Shown: piece after piece, positions 1 to 10,574 of the stretch
How the letters are laid out: each line of letters starts with the position of its first letter
How positions within the stretch are numbered: the first letter of the stretch is position 1
Assembly: GCF_006345805.1 (NCBI RefSeq)
Contig: NC_043014.1
Location: 39,928,001-39,992,000 of the forward strand
DNA: 64,000 nt
Source: Octopus sinensis
Lineage: Eukaryota
Reading direction: 5' to 3'
The notes under the pieces: model-generated
Database searches by the model: none
The model's input: the letters and a program-made list of their open reading frames with translations, nothing else
Told to the model about the DNA's origin: nothing
Made by a program: the position numbers and the translations under genes

Positions 1-102
1 AGTTGTTCAACATGTAACCTTCAAGGAGGTGCCCCAGGAAGGCCGTAGTGAAATGACTGAAACAAATAAACACTAAAAGACATGATTGAGAAGTTTATGT
101 TC

Positions 103-524
103 GGATCTTTTCGGTTTGACCGGCAGTTTTTTCTAGGGGTGTCATATGAAATTTTCACCCATAATTATGACCCTAGTATCGATCTATTGCATTTCAATCT
201 GTTTTAGGGTTAGGGGTGGGGGAAGGGTATCTTTTTTTTTTTCACAAATGTAAATAAACCCAATCTGTTTCTCAAACTAGGGACATATTCATACGGCACA
301 GAATGGGGTTTTTTTTTTACCTCAATGGACGTCATTGATTGGTTGAAATTGCAGAAATTGAAGAAAAAAAAACCAACAAATATCTTACAAACTCTAGAAT
401 TTTCTCAATAAAGCCAAGAGAAAAAGATGTTTTATAAACACATTCCACCAGTATACGAAGTTTAAAAGTGTTTAGTTACGTGGAAATTATTTTTAAAAAA
501 CTGTCGTTCAAACCGAAAAGATCC
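103..524. mobile_element. MITE (Mutator/Merlin-like), 9-bp TSD
   Basis: TIR GGATCTTTTCGGTTTGA.. / ..TCAAACCGAAAAGATCC; TSD TTTATGTTC at 94-102 and 525-533. Confidence 0.85.
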
Positions 525-1002
525 TTTATGTTCTTATAAATGTGGAGGAAAAAAATACTTCCATAAATAAAGACAAAAAAAAAACGTTCGCAGTTGGAAC
601 ACTTTCATTCTCAAGAGTATTTGATGAATTAAATACTTTGATCACAGAAATTTGCATATTTTTAATTGAATGTGAAAAGAACAAAGCAAACCTTATTGAT
701 TTGTTTTTTGTCAAATGATAACTGCATTTAGTGCACTCATCTGATATGGACGAGTGCTAACACAAGCATCAGACTTACCATTAAAGTGATTGAATATCTT
801 AACAGTATTTATTGTTCATACCCTAATCAATATTCTTTGTTTGACTTTAAGGGACTGTGTATTCAGTTTTATTTTTTTTATTTTCGTATATTTTTTTAAT
901 GGAAAAATGATTCTAATGCTTAGGGTGTTCAAATTTGTTCCACTGTATAGAAATATGTGTTGTAATAATTTTCATTATGTAATGAGAGTTGTTTCAATAG
1001 AA

Positions 1003-1427
1003 GGAGCTTTTCGGTTTGAACGGCAGTTTTTAACATAATTTCTAGGTAACTAAAAAATTTTAAACTTCGTTTACTGGTAGAATGTGTTTATAAAACATCT
1101 TTTTCTCTTGGCTTTATTGAGAAAATTCTATGGTTTGTAAGATATTTGTTGTTTTTCTTCTTCAATTTCTGCAATTTCAACCAATCAATGACGTCCATTG
1201 AGGTAAAAAAAAAACATTCTGTGCCGTATGAATATGTCCCTCGTTTAAGAAACAGATTGGGTTTATTTACATTTGTGAAAAAAAAAAAGATACCTTCCCC
1301 CTAACCCTAACCAACCCTAACCCTAAAACAGATTGAAATGCAATAGATCGATACTAGGGTCATAATTATGGGTGACAATTTCATATGACACCGCTAGAAA
1401 AAACTGCCGTTCAAACCGAAAAGATCC
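1003..1427. mobile_element. Same MITE family, inverted relative to 103-524, 8-bp TSD
   Basis: Same TIRs; TSD CAATAGAA at 995-1002 and 1428-1435; internal sequence is the reverse complement of the first copy. Confidence 0.85.
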
Positions 1428-1839
1428 CAATAGAATTATAACTAGGAATTGAAAAGAATTTCCTTATGTTGAAAAATGTTGTATTTCACCCCTATCTACT
1501 TCTCTCTCTCTCTCTCTCATTCTCCACACACACACACAGATGAGTGGACAAACAAAAAAAAGTGGCATTGAACACACTTAGTAAGGAGATACATTATAAA
1601 CGGTTTGACTCAGCTCCGTATGACTTGAAGTTTCGTCAGTTCGTAGGACAAACCCATCTCATCATATATCGAGGGAAGACTCTTCCTCAGGTATCTGATC
1701 ATATGGAGCTGAGTCAAGCTGTTAAAAACAGGTGATGCCTAGCGGAAGGGCATCCTGCTGTAAACAATGCAATACTATATATCCCGTTAATCCATGCTAG
1801 CATGGAAAAAATATACGTAAAAATGTACGGTACTTGATA

Positions 1840-2041
1840 TACATATTACACACACACATACAAAACGTACAAACAAACAAACACTATATTACGTTTATAC
1901 ACAATTTAGGTATTTATACTATACTTACAGTATGTATTTTTTCGCCAGCAAAAAAAGTTATACAACTGCATCAAGGGCCGAGAGGTTTGTGCATGGCATA
2001 CACATACATAGTGTGTTGCATGCATGCATGTATATACACAC

Positions 2042-2077
<36 letters not shown>

Positions 2078-2177
2078 TGCACTATATTTATTCACACTAT
2101 ATATATATATATATATACTTATATACACACACACCATATATATATACTTATATACACACACACACCATATATATACT

Positions 2178-2210
<33 letters not shown>

Positions 2211-2330
2211 CATATATATATACTTATATATATACACATACATTGTATATATACATATACACTATATATACATATGCACTATATATATATATACTTGTAT
2301 ATACACACACTATATATATATATATACTAA
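1840..2330. repeat. Compound (TA)/(CA) microsatellite; similar tracts at ~9540-9700 (CT), 10230-10285 (TA), 23500-23770 (pyrimidine), 30140-30240 and 30822-30904 (ATT), 40450-40720 (GT), 42925-43007 (AG)
   Basis: Direct reading. Confidence 0.95.
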
Positions 2331-3381
2331 TGTTGGGGAGTAGAATATATAAACATCTAAAAACAAATGTAAATAGATACACAAAATGTGAAATAGAATA
2401 AAAAAATTAGTGTTATGTGGGAATCGAATCTACATCTACTTAATACCTTAGAACATATGTTGATAGATATCAAGTTATATATATATAAATTATCGGGGTC
2501 GATGAAACAGACTAACAATTCTCCCTTAGATTGCTGGCGTTGTACCAAAATTTGAAACACTATTTAATATAAGTACCAACAAGTATTATATTTAATGAAA
2601 ATCTGAATGAATAATTTGTTGACTAAAGGCTGTATGTGTATATGTATATATATACATGTATGCGTGTGTATGCATGTATAGATAGATAGAAATTAATATG
2701 TAAAACTTGTTCGCTGTAGGTTGCAAAACTTAAAAATATTTTGGCTAATAATTATTGTACTTCAGTAAAATACGGTTAATATTTTAGGTTCATAAAAAAA
2801 TATATAGAAATCACTCAAAGATTAATTAATAATTAACCTACAACAAAGACATTTCAAATTATCAGATACAACTCTAATTTATAACGATAATCTAAGATAA
2901 CAAAAAAAAAAAAAAGTACTAGAAACTACTTCAGTTTTTCAAGTAGAATGATCAGGTACCTGAGGTTTTGGAGCATTGTTTATCAGAAAAGTCTTTTCAT
3001 GAAGCGATCAATTAAAATTGAATACAATATTAATTAACAACAAAGAAAAGCAGCAATCAATTAAGAAAAGTAGGGTGAGAATCTTTTGAAAAAACAGGTT
3101 TATTGTTCAACTTGAATCTGTTATATCTAGATAATAATATATGCATCAAATTATGTTGTTAGGGAGACGTGTAATTATGTGACAGCAGAATCTTGATACA
3201 TATAGATAGCTTTAGCCTGTTTAATTTCATATAACCTTATTAAATAAACAATGAAGGCTTTTCTAAGGGAGGTGAAAGGGGGAGCTTAGTGTAACATGAT
3301 GCTGTCTCTTGAATGAAAACATTTCTGCAGAATGATACAACCGGCGAGGAATATTTTTTTAAAAATCGGTTGATTTTATTA

Positions 3382-3424
<43 letters not shown>

Positions 3425-3592
3425 TCTTTCTGTCTTCAAATATAAATGGTTATATATCGGATACTAAATTACATAAAGATTCATAAATACCTAGAGTGTG
3501 TATGTAAGAACTGAGATATCACTGCTATATATTAGGATTAAACGATTCTACATAATGTACTGAATACATTTTCCTTGTTTTGTATGCACAAG

Positions 3593-3652
<60 letters not shown>

Positions 3653-3692
3653 AGCTATTATAATATATCTGTCTACCTACACACACATCTAT

Positions 3693-3728
<36 letters not shown>

Positions 3729-3739
3729 ATACATATAAT

Positions 3740-3771
<32 letters not shown>

Positions 3772-5959
3772 GCACACAATTATACATGGTATATACAAAA
3801 GAACAGTAAGGGGTTAGCTTTGACAGGTACTCTGAGGAATTCTCGATGCCAAGTCTTAGATGTACATATGCTTATATAGAATTTTAAACTTTATAAGACT
3901 CCGTGACAAAGACGAAATCATTTCAATAAAGATATTAGTACATATAATGTTCAAATTAATAATAATACACGTGGAAAATAAATAGGGTTAGTTACTGAAA
4001 TGTTAAACAAATAACGTGTCAACCGATTTATTCAATGGAACAATATATTGGAATAGAAGAAAACTGCCGAAATAAGTCATGGTTATTGTTTGAAGATTTA
4101 AAGATTAGAGTCATTTAGATATTGCGATGATTGCAATACAATAGAGACGAAATTTTATTATATGTGGTGTAGTACCAACCATGTAATAGTTAGTTACTGA
4201 AAAATATTGGACAAGCACCATGCAAAATATAATTAAGATATATAGTGAGAAAAAAAAAGCTGCTGAAATAAATCGTAGTTGTTGTTAGAAGATTTAAGAT
4301 TAATTTTATCATCTTGATACTGTAATTATATAAAATTAATAGAAAGAAAATATGAATAATTGGGATATGGTATAGCACGTACCATGTAAAGATGCTTTTT
4401 GTTGCTGTGTTGGGTTTGCAAGTCCAAATCATAATTACTCTGCTGCTAGTAGTAAAATCCACTCAAATATTACAAAAATAAGCAAGAGGATTTAATGAAT
4501 ATCGATCGTCCTCGGTAGCTTTTTTCAAAAAAGGTGTATATGTAAAAAAAAATAATAAATCAACAAAGTGAGCGGTAATGTTTTCGCCTGTTTAAATGAG
4601 CTGAGGACACATACCGCTCTTCCGTGAACCAGACATATTGGAAAGTGAAGATGAGGCTTTTCCAACAGCTACTCGCACCCACAACTTCCCTCGTTTCTCT
4701 CTTTGCCTATACTGTTTATGACTTTCCCCTCAATCACATCAGCACCATTGCAGTTCTGTCAACATATTTAATTTAAAAATAATAAACACCCTTTGTGTTG
4801 TTTTTTTTTTTTTTCGTTTTTATTATTATTATTATTTCTCTCACTTAACAAACTCTGCTTGTATTTTAAGTGGATTGCCTTACCTTGAGAAACATTTGAA
4901 AATTAACAGATCAAGGTGCGATCATTCGGAAAGCTAATTGGGGTTTAGCTGTGAGGGAATGTTGCCTATCACACTTAAGGTATTTCAGACAACAACTAGG
5001 AAAACTTAAAAACACATCTCGTGGTTTTATTATTATTGATGTTGTTCACTTCATTTTTAATATAAGGAATTCCGAAATAAAATGTTCATCTTAATGAATT
5101 GACACTCGGAAAAACGAATTTCAAAAATTTACAAATTGTTGAATGCATAAACAACATTTCACAGGGAAATATATTTTATCGTATATTATATCACAGTTGA
5201 TATTTATCGATTATTCAGGTTTTCTTTATATTGATATTGAAAATTACACTACAACTGTGCGATAATGATATCTGATTTTCATTCGGAATACATAGAAAGG
5301 TAGATTTTTATCAAATAACGGATTTAGATTTAAATTAAACATAATTTTTTTAAATATGCTTTATTTTAAGATACATACCTTATCTTTAAGAGGCTTTATT
5401 TCAAGTAAAAAAAAAGTAATAAATTTCGTATTTATATATTTCTAATGTTACAGAGAAATAACCAGGTGTTATTTTGCTATGGTGGGGGGTGATGGAGAAT
5501 CTTGTCTAGCAGTCAGGATCAGGCAATATATTTAGGCGCCCTAAACATTCCCAGTCAATTCAGGTCATGCATGCTTCAGCAGACAATGACAGCTCCAGTT
5601 ATCACAGTTAGGAAATAATTTATATGGTTTACCTTTTGAACACTGTCGCCCGAATATATTTAAAATAATATTTTCTTTTTTTTTATATGTATGTAAGGTA
5701 TGTCAGGCTAGTTCAAGTTTTATTTCCTAAACTTTTTCATTGTTAAGACCCAAAGAAAAATCTTTTTTTGCACTATGCAACAAAGAAAAATATGTGACAA
5801 TTGTGATCTGTATAAATATATATATATATAATGCTTTCTTTTTGAGAATAGTGAAACTCGAAGCAAATAAAGCTATAAATGTAAACATTGTAAATATTGG
5901 GTTTAAAACTTTATTCGATAGAAAAAGTTGAAGACTGATACATACATACATACATACAT

Positions 5960-6410
5960 TATCATATCAGTTAATGTCCGTTTTCCACCCAGGCATGGGT
6001 TGGGCTGTTTGACAGGAGCTGGCAGCCGGGGAACTGTCTAGTCCCCAATTGTCTTCTTTTGGCATGCTCTCTGTGGCTGAATGCCCCTCCTAAGGCCAAC
6101 CATATTACAGAGTGTGCTGGGTGCTTTTTACGTGCCACTGGCACAGATACATTTTATGACACCAGCATCTGCAAGACAAAGACCTCTCAGCTGGGAGAGG
6201 GAGTGGGAGGCACGGCATTAAAGGACATGCTTATATGTATGGAAGGCTGCGATTTTACTTAGCTTAGCGTGTCTTAAATACAGCAAATCACTCCAAGTCT
6301 CGGTTCCTTGTCATCTCCTCAGAGAGACCTAGTGTCTGAAGATACTTTTTCATCACTTTGTCCTATGCCTTCCTGGATCTATCCCTTTCACGGGTTCACT
6401 CCATAATTAG
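5960..6410 (-). mobile_element. RTE-clade LINE 3' fragment
   Basis: Degenerate ..LQTLGLSEEMTRNRDL.. and the same 3'UTR tail as 22935-23490. Confidence 0.55.
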
Positions 6411-6654
6411 AGATCAGTACACAATATATATATATATACAAAATAAGAAAATGGAGAAATACATCCAAATCAAATATCAACTACCAGATAATACCCAATC
6501 ACATACTTTATTAAACCACCACATAAGAAACTTTAAGGTCAAACATAATAATATATGACAAAACAGTGTACATAAAGGAGTAATATGATACAATAAGTAC
6601 AATATGTATAAGAGAATATAAATATAAATAAATATAAATATAAATATAAACTAC

Positions 6655-6784
6655 ATCTTACAGCTGTTTCGGCCCTGCAGATAAGTATGTCTCATTTTAC
6701 TTATATTATTAGCCATGTGTGGTAGGTCAATATGTAGTTATAAATGAGACATTTACAAAAATATTCTAAGGCCTCTTCGGAGAT
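6655..6784 (-). ncRNA. Type I hammerhead ribozyme, U4C variant, extended stem II
   Basis: ATCT-CCGAAGA-GGCC-(~95 nt)-GGCC-GAAA-CAGCTG-TA-AGAT. Confidence 0.7.
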
Positions 6785-6970
6785 TATTAAATACAAACCA
6801 AATTATATATACACTTACATAAGTGTGGGTACATACCCATAATAAATCATATACATATACATATGAGTGCATATACTTATACATATTTCTTGATGAAAAT
6901 AAACTGGTCATAATGTTATGTACATTTTCATACTGGTTGAATCAATACTTTATTGATAAAAACATCAAAA

Positions 6971-7241
6971 GCAAATTCTGTTGTGTCTGGGGAGAGTCAT
7001 TTTCTTTTTGTGCCTTATAATTTAACACACTCACCGGTAAAATTTCTACTTCTTTTTTTTCCTAAAATTTTTGTTTCGTCTTGCAACCTTTTCAATAGTC
7101 TTGACTATTGAAAAGGTTGCAAAACGCAACGAAAATTTTAGGAAAATAAAAATAAGAAATAAGTGGAAATTTTACCAGTGAGTGTGTTAAATTATAAGGC
7201 ACAAAAAGAAAATGACTCTCCCCAGACACAACAGAATATGC
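6971..7241. repeat. ~270-bp palindrome, 2-nt loop at 7101-7102
   Basis: ..CAATAGTC-TT-GACTATTG..; arms are near-identical reverse complements with small indels. Confidence 0.9.
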
Positions 7242-7786
7242 TTCAATACACGAACTCATATAAAGGATCTTGCAAACCATATCCAAAAACGAAATAATCA
7301 AAAGCAAACTCTGGTCTTGAATAAAATGTGGTATGAATTAATTGTATATTTAGATTTCAATTAGGCACACTCTTTCTTTCCATCTTATTTGGCTTTTTTA
7401 CTGGATTCTTCTGAAGAGAGGCCTTTTACACCAAAAAGATAAAGTATTTTTGTTTTGTTTTTTACTTTCTGCATTGTAAGAAACTTTCCTTATTTCTCAT
7501 TTCATTTATTATTCCAATTAAATTATTTTCAGGAAATATTTATACATGATAAAGAAATACCGAGAATAATATCGGTTTCAAATTTTAGCACAAGGCTAGC
7601 AATTTTGGAAGAGGAAGTAATACAATTACATCAACATAGGCGCAGGAGTGGCTGTGTGGTAAGTAGCTTGCTTACATGGTTCCAGGTTCAGTCCCATTGC
7701 GTGGCACCTTGGGCAAGTATCTTCTACTATAGCCTCGGGCCGACCAAAGCCTTGTGAACTCACACGCACACATACATACTCACGCG

Positions 7787-7817
<31 letters not shown>

Positions 7818-7872
7818 AGTGAATTGAAGAAATGGAGTTGAACGAAGATTGAACAGAAATCCTTTTATTGCA

Positions 7873-7952
7873 TTCTACACGTGTTTCGAAAGCCACAATT
7901 TACCAAATTCCGATTGAATAAGGAGACCATATTGTGTCTTTCTCTTCAGGAA
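7873..7952 (-). ncRNA. Type I hammerhead ribozyme (minimal, Penelope type)
   Basis: TTC-CTGAAGA-GAAAG..CTTTC-GAAA-CACGTG-TA-GAA: canonical core, 5-bp stem II, palindromic stem III ACACGTGT, GUA site, 3-bp stem I. Confidence 0.82.
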
Positions 7953-8143
7953 GAAATAGGAATTCCGTTGGCAAAACAAAAACAGAACAGAGGCGCAGCA
8001 AAACAAATCGAACGAGGAGCCTCCTCGTTCGATTTGTTTTGCTGCGCCTCTGTTCTGTTTTTGTTTTGCCAACGGAATCCTCGTTCGATTTGTTTTGCTG
8101 CGCCTCTGTTCTGTTTTTGTTTTGCCAACGGAATTCCTATTTC

Positions 8144-8223
8144 TTCATGAAGAGAAAGACACAATATGGTCTCCTTATTCAATCGGAATTTGGTAAATTG
8201 TGGCTTTCGAAACACGTGTAGAA
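8144..8223 (+). ncRNA. Hammerhead ribozyme copy on opposite arm, core mutated (C3A)
   Basis: Reverse complement of 7873-7952 except ATGAAGA in place of CTGAAGA. Confidence 0.65.
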
Positions 8224-8436
8224 TGCAATAAAAGGATTTCTGTTCAATCTTCGTTCAACTCCATTTCTTCAATTCACTAATAATATTAAAATTCAATTAT
8301 CCGCACCAACGCACGGTTGCAACACCATATGGTTGTACCTCCAACTGTGCTTTCTTCTGCTTGGATTTTTGCTACCAAGGTATCGGTTAAACTTTTGATT
8401 AATCTGCAACAAGATTATTCATCTTTCTATTTCACC

Positions 8437-8486
<50 letters not shown>

Positions 8487-8487
<1 letters not shown>

Positions 8488-8855
8488 TAGCAGTATCGCC
8501 CGGCGTTGCTCGGGTTTGTAAGGGAAATAACTATAAAGCATTTTTAGAGAGTTATAGCAAAAAAATAGCAAAAAAATGAAAAAAAAATTACAGTAAATTT
8601 TTTTTTGAGAGTTAAAAAGCTCGCGTTGCGTCCCCTAGACAGTGTGGTTTGTGTTTCTGATTCTCGACCCCATGTCGAATTTATCGATTTTTTTCAGAAC
8701 TGGGGGAACTTTTCAAAATTTTCGCTGCGTTAGTTTTGAATTATGACATTGGGCTATGTGTGTGTCAAGTTTCATCAGAATCGGTTGAAAGCCGTGGCCA
8801 GGGTGAGGGTACAACCTGACAGACACACAGACAAACTGCCGTTTATATATAGAGA
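8487..8855 (-). mobile_element. Non-autonomous Helitron
   Basis: 5' TC(TCTATATATAAACGGC); 3' hairpin CCCGAGCAACGCCGGG then CTAG; A|T target, no TSD. Confidence 0.8.
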
Positions 8856-8902
8856 TATATATACTTAAATGTACATCAGTGTTTTGTTTCTTTCTATTTA
8901 CA

Positions 8903-9279
8903 TACTCTTTTACTCTTTTACTTGTTTCAGTTATTTGACTGCAGCCATGCTGGAGCAACGCCTTTAGTCGAGCAAATCGACCCCGGGACTTATTCCTTGT
9001 AAGCCCAGTACTTATTCTATCGGTCTCTTTTGCCGAACCGCTAAGTTACGTAAACACACCAGCATCGGTTGTCAAGCAATGTTAGGGGGACAAACACAGA
9101 CACACAAACATATATACGACAGGCTTCTTTCAGTTTCCGTCTACCAAATCCACTCACAAGGCATTGGTCGGCCCGGGGCTATAGCAGAAGACACTTGCCC
9201 AAGATGCCACGCAGTGGGACTGAACCCGGAACCATGTGGTTGGTTAGCAAGCTACTTACCACACAGCCACTGCTGCGCC
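8903..9279 (-). mobile_element. SINE family A; other copies at ~7639-7757(+), 12375-12588(+), 12640-13005(-), 13535-13932(-), 13958-14232(-), 20558-20990(-), 43021-43400(-), 44044-44586(+), 53952-54336(-), 57389-57787(+), 58722-58866(+), 62293-62630(+), 62788-62985(-)
   Basis: Sequence shared with 25011-25422 by eye. Confidence 0.82.
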
Positions 9280-9538
9280 AATAAATATATAAATAAGTCC
9301 TTTTTTTTTTTTTTTTTCATCTTTCCTATCTCTCTCTCCTTCGCTTTCTCCATCTCTCACTTTCTTCATTTATACAATATACATAATTACATCTATACAC
9401 AATACATATATACATACATCGTAGATACATACACAGTTCGAAATCAGGTTATGTTTTCATTCGTTACCATATGTCTAGACACACTGATACTACTGTATTG
9501 CTAATCAGATTTCATTTTCTAACCGAACATTGAAAAAG

Positions 9539-9600
<62 letters not shown>

Positions 9601-10061
9601 TCTCTCTCTCCCTCTCTCTCTCCCTCTCTCTCTCTGTGACTCTCTCTCTCTGTCACTCATTCTCTAATTCTCTCTCTCTCTATCTCTCATTCTCTATCTC
9701 ACTCTTTCGTACCTAAAAATAGCAGCCAAATCCCTCATAATTCTTAGACATCTGAATATCAAGGCTAGAAATAGCAGCCAAATCAGGACAGACAAACTGA
9801 TTAATTCGATTATATCAACCCCATTGCGTAACTGGTACATTATTTATGGACCCCGAAAGGATGAAAGGCAAAGTCGACCTCGGCAGAATTTGAATTCAGA
9901 ACGAAATACCTATTTCTTTACTACCCACAAGGGGCTAAACATAGAGAGGACAAACAAGGATAGAGAAACGGATTAAGTCGATTACATCAACCCAAGTGCG
10001 TAACTGGTACTTATTGACGGTCTGAGTTCAAATTCCGCCGAGGCCGACTTTCTCGAATTTT

Positions 10062-10227
10062 TGCTTAATTGGGGGTGAAATTGAAAAAACTTTTTATGCC
10101 ATGACCCAATCGAATCTACTTGGAAAAATCATAGGTAAATTCCAATTGAAGAAATTCTATATTGTAGAATTGTATTAAAAAGAAACATGGGAACCAGGTA
10201 GAGAAAATCTGCCTTTTATCATAAGAG

Positions 10228-10228
<1 letters not shown>
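10062..10228 (-). mobile_element. 5' fragment of the 45151-type Helitron
   Basis: Reverse complement begins TCTCTTATGATAAAAGGCAG and follows the 45151 copy. Confidence 0.55.
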
Positions 10229-10287
<59 letters not shown>

Positions 10288-10290
<3 letters not shown>

Positions 10291-10449
10291 AAATATTATT
10301 AGAGACAAAACCACTATTTTGCAAAACAAACAAGAAAGACTTAATCATACATAAAATTTTTTTGACTATTTATTAAAATTTTATGTATTGATTAAGTCTT
10401 TCCTTGTTTGTTTTGCAAAATAGTGGTTTTGTCTCTAATAATATTTTAT
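10288..10449. repeat. ~160-bp fold-back between (TA)n tracts
   Basis: ~75-bp arms ATAAAATATTATTAGAGACAAAACCACT.. / ..AGTGGTTTTGTCTCTAATAATATTTTAT. Confidence 0.9.
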
Positions 10450-10523
10450 AATATTTTACTATAAATTGGATTTAATCCTAAATCTGATTTTTTTCCTGTA
10501 AATTTGATTTATTCCCTAATATT

Positions 10524-10568
<45 letters not shown>

Positions 10569-10574
<6 letters not shown>

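Larger units (their letters stand above)
7810..8286. repeat. Near-perfect 477-bp palindrome, 1-nt loop at 8020, 56-bp duplication in right arm
   Basis: 7810-8019 pairs with 8021-8286; 8022-8077 is repeated at 8078-8133. Confidence 0.95.

Noticed and set aside
1298-1325. Interstitial telomere or chromosome fusion scar
   Set aside because: Only a few units, located inside a MITE with TIRs and a TSD.
7875-8221. Four overlapping ORFs on both strands
   Set aside because: Mirror images created by the palindrome; no protein similarity recognised.
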